In this document: positions 37,443-49,118 of the stretch, in pieces
Numbering within the stretch: the stretch's first letter is position 1
How the letters are laid out: each line of letters starts with the position of its first letter
Source of the DNA: Desulfobacterales bacterium
GTDB taxonomy: Bacteria; Desulfobacterota; Desulfobacteria; Desulfobacterales; UBA2245
Direction of reading: 5' to 3'
Assembly: GCA_040771865.1 (NCBI GenBank)
Contig: JAXGZF010000003.1
Location: 62,001 to 126,000, forward strand
DNA length: 64,000 nucleotides
Translations under genes and position numbers: made by a program
The notes under the pieces: model-generated
Told to the model about the DNA's origin: nothing
What the model saw: only the letters and a program-made list of their open reading frames with translations
The model's database searches: none

Positions 37443-40412
37443 ATGGCATCCAAATGGCTAAAAGCTTTCTTGGGATCAATTTTCATTTTTATTCCCTTAT
37501 TTGCATATGCATCCACAGATGTAACACAGAATATTTTCAAAAATACTACATGGGATGTGGCAGGCAGTCCTTACTATATCAATAAAAATATTCAGGTGTA
37601 TCCTGGCGTCACCTTAACCATAGATCCGGGTGTTGAAGTAATAATCGATCTTGAGTCATCTCTTATTGTCGGGGGCAAACTGATCGCTAGGGGGGATGCT
37701 GATAACCTCATTATCTTCAGGTCTGATGTTACAATTCCCGCAAGAGCTTATCCTTCAGCGCTTATATTTGGGGCTACCGCTGACAGTGCAAAATATAAAG
37801 GTGGATTTAGTCCCATATTTTCATATGATCAACTTAATCGGGAGATAAGTTTAACATATGAATCCGGCAGTATTGTTGAGCACTGTGTATTTTCGGCTTT
37901 GCCGTCAGCCATAGAGCTTAGGGGCTCATTCCCTTGTATTGCGCATAATCATATTACAGGATGTAATGGTGGCATTGCTGCAAGCGGACAAGAAACCTGT
38001 CGTACTCCGCAATGGCTTTTTTTATTCAAAAATACTTTTGAAAATAATGCCGGAACGGTAATAGATCTTGAATTTTATTCAAATTTTTACGACTTGTTTA
38101 CGCTTCTGGCCGGAAATATTATCGAAAACAACACTATAAAATATGGGCAGGTGGCTGTAAATTTACCTTCGGCAAGCAATTTTATATTTTTATTCAATAA
38201 TAAAATATTAAATAATAATGGAACGGCGCTCGTAACTCGAAATGGACCCAGTTTTCTTTACGCTGATAGCAACGTAATCGATGGTAATAATAGGGGGGTT
38301 GCTGCAAGCAGCGCACTGCTTTTACATAACACAATAACCAATAATCTATGCCCTTCGGGATGGGCGAGCAACAACGCAGCAGGGGTATATTTAGAAGGGT
38401 CCAGAGGCGTTTTGTCCCACAACATAATTCAGAGAAATGAGGTTTGTTCTTCTGGAGCTATGGGTGATAACATCATGTTGGATCCTTGTGAATATTGTCT
38501 ATATACAATTAATTATAACGATCTTGGAGATTCAAAAGGAGATTCAATAGATATTTCTATATGGAATATTGATAATCAGCAATTTATTTGTGAAAAAGCA
38601 CAAAAAATGGTTGTTGATGCGACTCGTAATTTCTGGTTGAATCGTGATACGAATGATCTCTCAAAGTATATCTATGATTTTTATGATGATTATTGCTTGG
38701 GAACGGTGAATTATGAGCCAATATTGCCATATTCGATGAAACCAATTAAATTGTCAGCTTTCTCTAAACTTATTTCTCCTGAAAATAATGCATTTAAACC
38801 TTCAACGCTATCCTTGAATTTTTCTTGGGAGCCTGTTCCAAATGCTACAAAATATCTGTTAATAACAAAAGGGATGAACGCTGGGGGTATGGAACCAACC
38901 TTTCAAGGGATTAGAGTATTGGAAGTGGAAAACACAACATCTGCTGAAATTACCTATTCTCCTTTTACTTCTTATCTCCAAAAAGAAATCTATTGGTTTG
39001 TTGTTGCAGGAAACGATAACGGCTGGGGTCTACCATCAGAAATTCGAAGGGCCTATTTTAGTGAAGACCCTCTTTTGGTAAGCGGAAAAGTATCTGATGA
39101 AAATGGACCCGTGCCGAGCGTTATCATTGATAAATGGGAAGGTGGCGCAAGCGTTTTTTCAGATGACGATGGAAATTTTAAACTAATTACGCGTGATGCC
39201 TATGAGAACGGATTTACGCTATTCAAGGAGGGATACCCAACTACTTATACGTTTTATCGATGGGGGCAGTATACTGAGAATTTTAAGAATCTACTTATGC
39301 TCTCGACAACTCAAATAGACGCAATTTATGCTGCGAAAAGTAAAACTGGAGATATAAATAAAGGCACTGTCGCAGGTATAGTTATTGATAGGTATGACCA
39401 ACCGATAACCAATACAGAAGTCTTTATCAACCCTCCTTCAGGTATTGTATGTTACCTTAATGACAAAAATTTTCCAGATTCATCCTTAACTAAAACAGGT
39501 GTTTCAGGAAAATTTGTAATTTTGAATGTTGCGCCAGGGACCTATGATATTTCTGGAAATCATAACGATTGTACTTTTAATTTTACCTCTTCCGAAGGAA
39601 ACCATAACCATATAGGTCCGCAAATCAAGGTGGTTGCAGATGCGGTAACGTTTGATTATCTCATAGGAAACGGAAGTGATAGTGGATCTGTTCCTCCCGG
39701 CGACTTTGACGAGGAACAGTATCTGCTCAACAACCCGGACGTGGCTCAGGCGGTATATGACGGATATTTTGCCAGCGGATGGGAGCATTACGACTTGTAC
39801 GGTCGAGCCGAGGGCAGGAGCTATGCCGCGCCGTCAGATTCCGGCGACTTCAACGAAGCGCAGTATCTGCTCAACAACCCGGACGTGGCTCAGGCGGTAT
39901 ATGACGGATATTTTGCCAGCGGATGGGAGCATTACAATGCGTATGGTCGAGCCGAGGGCAGGAGCTATGCCGCGCCGTCAGATCCTGGCGACTTCAACGA
40001 AGCGCAGTATCTGCTCAACAACCCGGACGTGGCCCAGGCGGTATATGACGGATATTTTGCCAGCGGATGGGAGCATTACAATGCGTATGGTCGAGCCGAG
40101 GGCAGGAGCTATGCCGCGCCGTCAGATCCTGGCGACTTCAACGAAGCGCAGTACCTGCTCAACAACCCGGACGTGGCCCAGGCGGTATATGACGGATATT
40201 TTGCCAGCGGATGGGAGCATTACAATGCGTATGGTCGAGCCGAGGGCAGGAGCTATGCCGCGCCGTCAGATCCTGGCGACTTCAACGAAGCGCAGTACCT
40301 GCTCAACAACCCGGACGTGGCCCAGGCGGTATATGACGGATATTTTGCCAGCGGATGGGAGCATTACGACTTGTACGGTCGAGCCGAGGGCAGGAGCTAT
40401 GCCGCGCCCTGA
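37443..40412 (+). CDS. Large secreted protein: right-handed beta-helix, Ig/carboxypeptidase-regulatory-like domains, five 48-aa C-terminal repeats
   Basis: Signal peptide AYA; GSPYYI...GVTLTIDPGVEV; Asn-rich N.I.NN ladders; DATRNFW; VSGKVSDENG, GKFVILNVAPGTY; AT-rich body with GC-rich repeat tail. Confidence 0.82.
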   Translation: MASKWLKAFLGSIFIFIPLFAYASTDVTQNIFKNTTWDVAGSPYYINKNIQVYPGVTLTIDPGVEVIIDLESSLIVGGKLIARGDADNLIIFRSDVTIPARAYPSALIFGATADSAKYKGGFSPIFSYDQLNREISLTYESGSIVEHCVFSALPSAIELRGSFPCIAHNHITGCNGGIAASGQETCRTPQWLFLFKNTFENNAGTVIDLEFYSNFYDLFTLLAGNIIENNTIKYGQVAVNLPSASNFIFLFNNKILNNNGTALVTRNGPSFLYADSNVIDGNNRGVAASSALLLHNTITNNLCPSGWASNNAAGVYLEGSRGVLSHNIIQRNEVCSSGAMGDNIMLDPCEYCLYTINYNDLGDSKGDSIDISIWNIDNQQFICEKAQKMVVDATRNFWLNRDTNDLSKYIYDFYDDYCLGTVNYEPILPYSMKPIKLSAFSKLISPENNAFKPSTLSLNFSWEPVPNATKYLLITKGMNAGGMEPTFQGIRVLEVENTTSAEITYSPFTSYLQKEIYWFVVAGNDNGWGLPSEIRRAYFSEDPLLVSGKVSDENGPVPSVIIDKWEGGASVFSDDDGNFKLITRDAYENGFTLFKEGYPTTYTFYRWGQYTENFKNLLMLSTTQIDAIYAAKSKTGDINKGTVAGIVIDRYDQPITNTEVFINPPSGIVCYLNDKNFPDSSLTKTGVSGKFVILNVAPGTYDISGNHNDCTFNFTSSEGNHNHIGPQIKVVADAVTFDYLIGNGSDSGSVPPGDFDEEQYLLNNPDVAQAVYDGYFASGWEHYDLYGRAEGRSYAAPSDSGDFNEAQYLLNNPDVAQAVYDGYFASGWEHYNAYGRAEGRSYAAPSDPGDFNEAQYLLNNPDVAQAVYDGYFASGWEHYNAYGRAEGRSYAAPSDPGDFNEAQYLLNNPDVAQAVYDGYFASGWEHYNAYGRAEGRSYAAPSDPGDFNEAQYLLNNPDVAQAVYDGYFASGWEHYDLYGRAEGRSYAAP

Positions 40413-40417
40413 TCCTT
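39695..40417 (+). repeat. Five 144-bp tandem units; copy 2 of the 723-bp direct repeat
   Basis: Near-identical to 36229-36951. Confidence 0.95.
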
Positions 40418-40731
40418 GTCTTGAATGAGACCTGCGGGCTGCGGCTGAAGAGATCTGTTCCGGCAAAGTGTTAGGTGCCAAGTCTTAAAGCTGCTCAGTA
40501 ATGAAACCATGCCGGAGCAGCTTGTGTCATAAATCACTAGTGTCCGGTTAAGCTCATCGAAAATTGCGTTAACCAAATGATATATAAGCCAATATTAACA
40601 AAAAACAGCGGGAACCCTCTTGAATTTCGAGAATTAGGCCGGTACACCCCTTCGCATAGAACGACAGGTGGTCTGGGTTCTTCGGACAGGAAACAGGGGT
40701 TTATAAGTGGAAAACCGCCCTGATTTCATGT

Positions 40732-41562
40732 TCACGCCGCAGCTTGGTTTTGCTGTAGTGAATCGAAGTAAACCATAGCCGGGGTCTTCCTGTCAAAGTT
40801 TTGGTGCCACCGTTCTTCATTGTAAAACTTGAAATAGTCGGCAAGTCCTTTCTTCAACTCCGCCATTGATCCGTATGCTTTCAGGTAAATATCCTCGTAT
40901 TTGACGCTTCTCCAAATTCTTTCTATAAATACGTTGTCCATCCATCTGCCCTTGCCGTCCATGCTGATCGCGATCTTTTCCGTATTTAGAACGTTTGTAA
41001 ACGGATCCGAGGTAAACTGGCTTCCCTGATCCGTGTTGAAGATTTCAGGGCGGCCGTATCTGCCAATGGCCTCTTGCAGGGCGTCCACGCAAAATGAGCT
41101 GTCCAGCGTGTTGGACAACCGCCAAGACAGAACCATCCGGCTTGCCCAGTCCATCACCGCCACAAGATAACAAAATCCTTTTGCCATGGGTATGTACGTA
41201 ATGTCGGCGGCCCACACATGGTTGGCTCTTTCTATCTCAAGGCCCCTCAGAAGATAAGGATATTTTACATGCTCTGGATGCGGCAGCGACAGCCTCGGCT
41301 TGACGTACAACGCCTCTACGCCCATTAGCCGCATCAAGCGCCGCACCTTGTCTCGGCCCACGTCATAACCTTTTGCCCACAGCTCGTTGCGAATCTTCCG
41401 GCTTCCATAAAACGGACGCTTCAGATGAATTTCGTCGATCTGACGCATCAATTCCATGTCTTTCTCGCTCAGCGGCGTCGGCTTATAGTAAACGCCGGAT
41501 CGATTCAATTCCAGAAGCTTGCATTGCCGCGTTACAGACAGTTTTTCCTTTTTGTCGATCAT
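40732..41562 (-). CDS. IS3-family transposase OrfB (DDE integrase core)
   Basis: PFYGSRKI, WAADITYI, FNTDQGSQFTS, DNVFIERIWRSVKYE. Confidence 0.95.
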   Translation of the reverse strand: MIDKKEKLSVTRQCKLLELNRSGVYYKPTPLSEKDMELMRQIDEIHLKRPFYGSRKIRNELWAKGYDVGRDKVRRLMRLMGVEALYVKPRLSLPHPEHVKYPYLLRGLEIERANHVWAADITYIPMAKGFCYLVAVMDWASRMVLSWRLSNTLDSSFCVDALQEAIGRYGRPEIFNTDQGSQFTSDPFTNVLNTEKIAISMDGKGRWMDNVFIERIWRSVKYEDIYLKAYGSMAELKKGLADYFKFYNEERWHQNFDRKTPAMVYFDSLQQNQAAA

Positions 41563-41861
41563 CTCCTGGCGCTCGCATCGCCTATGCGACCGAGCGCGCC
41601 TGATAAAAAATCGTTCTCCATCGACAACTGCCCGATCTTGGCGTGAAGCTCCTTGACGCTCGGCCCCTGCTCGGGCTTTCTGTCCTTGATGAAAACCTCT
41701 TCAGCGCGCTCCAGAAGCTGCTTCTTCCACTCTGTAATCTGGTTCGGATGGACCTGATAGCGCTGGGACAACTCAACGATCGTCTGATCGCCCTTCAGGG
41801 CTTCCAACGCCACTTTCGCCTTGAACGCCGGCGCATGATTTCTTCTCGGCCTCCTGCTCAT
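41559..41861 (-). CDS. IS3-family transposase OrfA (HTH)
   Basis: FKAKVALEA...VHPNQITEWKKQ, LHAKIGQLSMENDFL; ATGA overlap with orfB. Confidence 0.93.
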   Translation of the reverse strand: MSRRPRRNHAPAFKAKVALEALKGDQTIVELSQRYQVHPNQITEWKKQLLERAEEVFIKDRKPEQGPSVKELHAKIGQLSMENDFLSGALGRIGDASARR

Positions 41862-41937
41862 AATCGCTCCTTTTTTTCGTTCATTATAGAGCAGTTTTTA
41901 CACTTATGCACCTGTCCAGTTTTCCCAGACCAGCTCT

Positions 41938-42245
41938 GCACTGGCGCAGCATTCGCACGAACAATCCTTTGGAGAGGTTGATGCGGGAGATCCGTCGCAG
42001 GACGCGTGTAGTAGGCGCATTCCCGGACGGACAATCAGCGCTCATGCTTGTAGCGGCAAGGCTCAGGCACGTTTCAAGCACGAAATGGGGCGTTCGGCGT
42101 TATCTGAACATGAAACGCATGCAAGAGGATGCAACGGCAAGCGAATAGGCCGACGCTCCAGGGGGCCATGGCCCCCTGGAGCGTCCCAGACCCCGGATCG
42201 GGGGAATGCGCAAAATCAAAAGTGCGAAAAATTCTTTACACTACC
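41938..42245 (+). mobile_element. IS256-family 3' remnant
   Basis: HWRSIRTNNPLERLMREIRRRTRVVGAFPDGQSALML...W..RRYLNM; ends ...AAATTCTTTACACTACC, resembling an IS256 terminal IR. Confidence 0.85.
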
Positions 42246-42477
42246 TGAGTTCAGGATTGTTGTCGTACAGAAATAAAAGTCAAGGCGGTTGCGGGATGGC
42301 GGGCAGAACAGTCAGTGGCGCAAAACGATTCTGACAGGTTGCGCCGGAGTGTAATCAATCAAAAGGTATAATGAACTCACCGGACATTTGTACAAGTCCG
42401 GTTAATCGCTTTTTTCACCCGGAATGCTAAGATGGGTGAAGTTTATTGCAATCGCTGCCAAAGAACCGACATATTTT

Positions 42478-42837
42478 TTATCCCAAAAGTTTTTCCTGTC
42501 GTTCTTCCTTGGATTTACAATCAATGCACTGGGTAGTGACCGGTCTTGCCTTAAGGCGTTCAATGGAGATTTCATCCCCGCATGTTTCACAGATTCCAAA
42601 ACTGCCGTTTTCAATCCGTTCCAGAGCGGTTTGAATTTTTTTAATCAGACGGTTTTCCCTGTCTCTGATTCGCAGCTGAAAGTTGATATCGGCTTCCGCT
42701 GCTGCCTGATCTGTAGGATCGGCGTAATGGTCCTCCTTGCCTTTTAATCCGGAGACTGTGCCGTTGGCCTGGTTGAGAAGCTCTTGGAGACGATCGTTTA
42801 ATAGTTTTTTAAAAAACTGAATATCTTTCTCTTCCAC
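42478..42837 (-). CDS. dksA: RNA polymerase-binding protein DksA
   Basis: ADPTDQA, RIRDRE..LIKKI, GICETCG.EI...RLKARP....CIDCK. Confidence 0.95.
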   Translation of the reverse strand: MEEKDIQFFKKLLNDRLQELLNQANGTVSGLKGKEDHYADPTDQAAAEADINFQLRIRDRENRLIKKIQTALERIENGSFGICETCGDEISIERLKARPVTTQCIDCKSKEERQEKLLG

Positions 42838-43162
42838 TTTTCATACCTCAGCATTTCAAATTGATGATTTATCCCTGTTAATTTGCCGGTCTTAAATAAG
42901 CAATATTCATTCCTATAAGGTTATATTTCCGTTTTTTATTTGATAAATTATAAAAAAACCTGATATTCGTAGTGCACCTGATTAAATCGGTGCGGCAAAC
43001 AAGGCAAACGCCACGATTTTCGTGATCAGGACTCGGCGAAAGTAGCCGCTTTTTTGCTAAAAATCAATAGCTTCTCTTGACATTTAGTTTTGTATTGTTC
43101 TAATAAATCGATGTTTCTAAGGATTCAACAGACGAATATATAAAAAATTAAGAGGTTGCGTT

Positions 43163-44008
43163 ATCGAAATCATCGCTTCCGCTAAAAAAATGCAGCACCG
43201 CGCCGACCGGCTTCGAGGAGAAGGCAGGACAATCGCTTTTGTGCCGACCATGGGTTTCCTGCATGAGGGGCATTTGTCCCTGATGCGGGAAGGGCGTCGA
43301 CGTTGCGACGATCTGGCGGTCAGTATTTTTGTCAATCCGACACAATTCGGACCCGGCGAGGATCTTGAGGCCTATCCGAGAAACCTGAAAAGGGATCTGG
43401 AATTGGTGAAGCAGGAAGGGGTGAATGCTGTTTTTACCCCCTGTGCCGAGGAGCTCTACGGGAAAAATTACCAGACATACGTTTCGCTCGAAAAGCTTCC
43501 AGGCCATCTTTGTGGACTGTCCAGGCCGATCCATTTTCGCGGAGTCGCAACGGTAGTATCAAAGCTCTTCAATATCGTCAAACCGCATGTGGCCATATTC
43601 GGCGAGAAGGATTTTCAGCAGCTCGCCGTGATTCGGCAGATGGTAGAGGATCTGAATTTTGATATACAGATTATCGGTTTCCCCACGGTGCGGGAAGCAG
43701 ACGGTTTGGCCATGAGTTCGCGTAACTCCTATCTGACCGCAAGGCAGCGTAAATCGGCCTTGTGCCTTTACCTTTCAATGCAAAAAGCGCAGGAAATGGT
43801 TGCCGCCGGCATCCGTAACGTCAGACAGATCATCGAGGATATCTCATCTTTTATCCGCTCTTTTCCTGAAACGCAGATCGATTATGTGTCAATTTGTGAT
43901 CCCGCAACCCTGGATGATGTTGAAATGATTCAGGGCCCCTGTGTGATGGCGCTGGCGGTGAAGGTCGGAAAAACTCGCCTAATTGACAATATGATCTTAA
44001 AGCCGTAA
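43163..44008 (+). CDS. panC: Pantoate--beta-alanine ligase (probable ATC start at 43163; first ATG at 43190)
   Basis: FVPTMGFLHEGH, SIFVNPTQF, RPIHFRGV, FGEKDFQQ, READGLAMSSRN, RLIDN. Confidence 0.95.
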   Translation: MEIIASAKKMQHRADRLRGEGRTIAFVPTMGFLHEGHLSLMREGRRRCDDLAVSIFVNPTQFGPGEDLEAYPRNLKRDLELVKQEGVNAVFTPCAEELYGKNYQTYVSLEKLPGHLCGLSRPIHFRGVATVVSKLFNIVKPHVAIFGEKDFQQLAVIRQMVEDLNFDIQIIGFPTVREADGLAMSSRNSYLTARQRKSALCLYLSMQKAQEMVAAGIRNVRQIIEDISSFIRSFPETQIDYVSICDPATLDDVEMIQGPCVMALAVKVGKTRLIDNMILKP

Positions 44009-44059
44009 GCACCGGGTAGATATTTATCCGTTATTTCGAATACATCCAAAGGAGCATTT

Positions 44060-45229
44060 ATGAGCAGCAGGAGATTTTTATTTACGTCAGAATCCGTTAC
44101 CGAAGGGCATCCGGACAAGGTTGCCGATGCCATTTCGGATTCCATACTGGATGCCATCATGGCTCAGGATAAAAAATGCAGAGTGGCGTGCGAAACTTTG
44201 GTAGCCACCGGACTGGCATTTATTGCAGGCGAGATTACCACCGATTGCTATGTGGATATGCCGCAGATCGTTCGAAACACCATACAGGATATCGGTTATT
44301 GCTCTTCCCAGATGGGGTTCGACTGGCAGACCTGTTCGGTGATTACCAGCATTGGACATCAGTCCCCGGACATCGCTCAGGGAGTCAATGTCGGCGAGGG
44401 GCTTTACAAGGAACAGGGCGCGGGTGATCAGGGCCTGATGTTTGGGTTCGCATCGGATGAGACCCCGGAATTAATGCCCATGCCCATCATGTATGCCCAC
44501 AAGCTCTGCCAGCGACTGGCAACCGTTCGTAAAAACGGGGCTCTGGACTTTCTCAGGCCGGATGGAAAGTCTCAGGTTACTATTGAGTATGAAGACAGCA
44601 TACCCCGGCGGGTCGATACGGTGGTCATCGCCGCTCAGCACAAACCGGACGTCACCTATGATGAGCTTCGCGAGGCAATCATTGAAGAAGTCATCAAAAA
44701 AGTGATCCCTCGAAACATGGTTGATGGCGATACCCGGTATTTTATCAACAGTACGGGAAAATTTATCATCGGCGGGCCGATGGGAGATTGCGGTCTGACG
44801 GGCCGGAAGATCATCGTGGATACGTATGGAGGACAGGGCAGCCACGGCGGCGGTTGTTTTTCGGGCAAAGACCCCTCCAAGGTCGATCGTAGCGCCTCTT
44901 ACATGGGACGGCATATCGCCAAAAATATAGTTGCTGCGGGAATTTCAAAAAAATGCGAGGTTCAGATCGCCTATGCCATCGGTGTGGCCCATCCTGTTTC
45001 GGTCATGGTCGACTTCATGGGGACCGGTCGCATTCCTGAAAGCCGTATGAGCCAGATCATCAGCGAGGTCTTTGATTTAAGACCTGCTGCCATTATCGAA
45101 TACCTGGACCTTCTTCGCCCCGTCTATCGGAAGACTTCCGCTTACGGGCATTTTGGAAGAAGCGAACCCGAGTTTACCTGGGAAAGAACCAACATGGCGC
45201 CGTTGCTTAAAGATAAGGCGGGAATCTGA
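44060..45229 (+). CDS. metK: S-adenosylmethionine synthetase
   Basis: [44 protein letters not shown]. Confidence 0.98.
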   Translation: MSSRRFLFTSESVTEGHPDKVADAISDSILDAIMAQDKKCRVACETLVATGLAFIAGEITTDCYVDMPQIVRNTIQDIGYCSSQMGFDWQTCSVITSIGHQSPDIAQGVNVGEGLYKEQGAGDQGLMFGFASDETPELMPMPIMYAHKLCQRLATVRKNGALDFLRPDGKSQVTIEYEDSIPRRVDTVVIAAQHKPDVTYDELREAIIEEVIKKVIPRNMVDGDTRYFINSTGKFIIGGPMGDCGLTGRKIIVDTYGGQGSHGGGCFSGKDPSKVDRSASYMGRHIAKNIVAAGISKKCEVQIAYAIGVAHPVSVMVDFMGTGRIPESRMSQIISEVFDLRPAAIIEYLDLLRPVYRKTSAYGHFGRSEPEFTWERTNMAPLLKDKAGI

Positions 45230-45249
45230 AGCGTTTGTTGAATTCTTGA

Positions 45250-46515
<1,266 letters not shown>

Positions 46516-46543
46516 GGTGTTTTCAGTATCCATTTTGATCAGA

Positions 46544-46577
46544 GCGGGGCGAGCTTAAAGCTTGCCCCGCCATCTTT
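46544..46577 (+). terminator. Probable terminator after ahcY
   Basis: GCGGGGCGAGC-TTAAA-GCTTGCCCCGC hairpin. Confidence 0.6.
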
Positions 46578-46975
46578 GAAGCATCTTTTTCCCCACCGAA
46601 GGAAAACGGCCGGATCGCCTTACCACCCGGCCTTACAACGATCTGCTGCATGGACCGCACTATGCAGGCATCATGCTCCACGGATAGCCTGAGCTCAAAA
46701 AATAAGTTTCTTCAAAGGGTTTTGCCATGGTTCAAGGCTATGAAAACGTCAACTATTATGAGACCTTAAGAAGGACTTGATTTTATAAGACTCCGTTGAT
46801 CGTGGTGACGCCATGGCCAGTCCGTCCGCCGGCCGCGATATTTTTAACCCAGCAAGATGGATTGCGCGAAAAATGCGTGGGTGATTATGGTGCTGCTGGC
46901 TTCTTTTGCTTGTCTGCTTTGAATATTAAGCTGATCCGGATGGACGTAAACAATACTGAAATGTATTTTGATCAC

Positions 46976-48562
46976 TTAATTTGAATAGCTCAGGGAGACA
47001 ATCTTGGCGCCTTGGTAATAGTATTTCAAGATGTCCATATATCCTATGCCTGTGGCCGCCATTTGTCGAGCGCCCCATTGACTCATACCGACGCCGTGAC
47101 CGTACCCCCTTCCCCGGAATATCAGCCTGTCGGCTCTCGGCACAATATCAAACAGGGTACTCTTGATCTGATTGGCATCCATTTTGATTCGGAAATTATT
47201 GCTCGTAATTTCAGAGAGTTCGGACTGGCCGGCGACACGGATCTTCAGTATCCGACCGGAAGCGGTCCGGCCCTCGGGAAAGAGCGCTTGAACGCGGCCG
47301 ATATTGAGACCGAACCGGTTAAGCCGTTCCGTGATGGCGCTGTAGGTCAGAGAAATTTCCCAGGAAGCATCGCAGGTCTGATTGCTGTAAGGATCGGGGA
47401 TGCCTTTAAGATACGGAATATCTGCGCTCCATACGTTTTTGGCGTCTTCGGTATGACCTCCGCTGTTGGAATGAAAATACGCGATGATCAGGCGGCTGTC
47501 ATAAGACAATACCTGGCCATAAGTTTCATCAGTCGCCTGATTGGTTTCGGTTTTTTCAGCATCATATCCTCCGTAGACCTGTGACGCCGTAGTGGATAAA
47601 ACGTCGTAAGATTTTTCTCCGCTTTTGTGTTTGATATAAAGCGCGTAGGTTCGGGCCGCGACAGCCTGAGCCATCAGAGCGGGTTTGGGCCATTTGTGGG
47701 GCATTTCCTTGGGAACTACGCCGTAAAGGTATTGCTCAATATTGACATGATTTACGGCGCGAAGCCCGTCGGCTTCGAAGGTGATCTCAACAGCGCCTCG
47801 GTACTTGCGGCCGTTGATGCTGATGGGCCGGTCTGAGTTTGCCCGCAGGGCGTTTTCCTGAAGCATGTTTCCGTTGATCGCCAGAGCGTTTCTGTAACAT
47901 TCTATAGTCACCGGCCCCATGCCGCCGAAAACAGTCTTCCCTGAAGAGGATACGGAAAGGGTTATCGGGGCAACGGATTCAATGGTGAGCCGGGGCGTTT
48001 TCTCCTGAATCAGTACTCTGATAGTGGGATCAGAGATAATCATGTTTTCCCAAGGTTGTATCTGGGGCGGCACTTCGGCCATCAGTGATCTGGCACTGTC
48101 GGCCCAGACTTCTGCAGACTGACGGCGGACGCCCTTAGGGTATTTTTGCAGGTATTGGATAAAAATCTGATGTGCCTCTTTGAATCTATTGGTTTCATAC
48201 AAGACCATGCCGGTGTTGAAAAGTGCATCGGGAGCTGCCTGGCTCAGCGGAAAGTTGCTCAGTACTTTTTGATACTGGTCTATCGCCGCATTCGGCTGGT
48301 CCAGGTAAAGCCCAAATGTGGTTCCCATAAACAGCAGGGCCCTGGCGCGATTGTTGACGTTTTTGGAATAGTTGAAAATTTCCTGGTAGGTTCCGAGCGC
48401 TTCTAGGTACATGCCTTTGTTTAAAAAATCCGAAGCCAGGCTGAATTCGCGTGCGTCGTCGTACGCTGCATTCACAGAAACAGCGGGGGACAGGAAGCAG
48501 CATGCCGCCGAAATCAGGATATAACGCAGAACATAAACGGCACGATTATATTCAAGATTCAT
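46976..48562 (-). CDS. SpoIID/LytB-domain protein with N-terminal TPR (BamD/YfiO-like) repeats
   Basis: YRG...VN.VNIEQYLYGVVPKEM, AQAVAARTYA, SQVYGG, YFHSNSGG.TE, GYGHGVGMSQWGA. Confidence 0.9.
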   Translation of the reverse strand: MNLEYNRAVYVLRYILISAACCFLSPAVSVNAAYDDAREFSLASDFLNKGMYLEALGTYQEIFNYSKNVNNRARALLFMGTTFGLYLDQPNAAIDQYQKVLSNFPLSQAAPDALFNTGMVLYETNRFKEAHQIFIQYLQKYPKGVRRQSAEVWADSARSLMAEVPPQIQPWENMIISDPTIRVLIQEKTPRLTIESVAPITLSVSSSGKTVFGGMGPVTIECYRNALAINGNMLQENALRANSDRPISINGRKYRGAVEITFEADGLRAVNHVNIEQYLYGVVPKEMPHKWPKPALMAQAVAARTYALYIKHKSGEKSYDVLSTTASQVYGGYDAEKTETNQATDETYGQVLSYDSRLIIAYFHSNSGGHTEDAKNVWSADIPYLKGIPDPYSNQTCDASWEISLTYSAITERLNRFGLNIGRVQALFPEGRTASGRILKIRVAGQSELSEITSNNFRIKMDANQIKSTLFDIVPRADRLIFRGRGYGHGVGMSQWGARQMAATGIGYMDILKYYYQGAKIVSLSYSN

Positions 48563-49118
48563 GAGGCGTTTCCTTCGGGCTTTTGATCTGGGAAAAATCG
48601 ATTTTTTTAAACTGGAAATTGAACACAAGAGGAAGCAATATTTAATACATTATATTTAATACATTATTATATAAATCAATTGGTTAATTTGATTGAACAG
48701 GAAATTCTGCCTCGGGGATTTGTACCACAAAGGTTGTAGAGTTTTCAAGGTGTAAAGGTCGTAAAATTGCAGAAAAGTTCGGTTGTGGTGATATCATTCG
48801 GGCGAGAGCGTTCTGCTGACGTTGTTACGAATTCAAATCCTTTGAAGTGGTCTAGAATTTTTCTGGTATCGGTTCGTTAATCAAAAAAATCGTGAAACCC
48901 CTCTGCATAAAGCTTGTTCTTGACTTCCGGAATGCGGACGTCTACATCCATTGAGAAAACTGTACTGCAACAAGTTCTGAGACGACTGAGCGCTTGTTAA
49001 AAAATTACAAATACGATTCTTCAATAGCAATCAGGCAAGGTTTTGAAGCCTTCAGGGCGCCTGAAAGACAAAATCTACAAACAACTACTGATATCTGAAT
49101 GGATACGACGGGCGGGAA

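Larger units (their letters stand above)
40664..41937 (-). mobile_element. IS3-family insertion sequence (apparently complete)
   Basis: Imperfect terminal IRs AGGTGGTCTGGGTTCTTCGGACAGG / AGCTGGTCTGGGAAAACTGGACAGG flank orfA and orfB; exact ends uncertain by a few nt. Confidence 0.85.

Noticed and set aside
36229..40417. Diversity-generating retroelement TR/VR pair
   Set aside because: No reverse transcriptase in the window; both copies are coding and differ at only about two sites, with no adenine-specific pattern
40537..40555. CTAGTGTCCGGTTAAG as an IS terminus
   Set aside because: No partner end or transposase fragment could be identified
34636..42400. Integrase-driven island or prophage at tRNA-Thr
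   Set aside because: No integrase and no duplicated tRNA 3' end seen; only IS pieces and surface-protein genes
44009..44059. SAM riboswitch upstream of metK
   Set aside because: The gap is only 51 bp and shows no SAM aptamer motifs
46684..46741. 6S RNA
   Set aside because: CCTGAGC and GGTTCAAG-like motifs are present but only about 35 nt apart, too close for the canonical 6S structure
48638..48665. 14-bp tandem duplication ATATTTAATACATT x2
   Set aside because: Low-complexity AT-rich promoter region; cannot be distinguished from simple slippage
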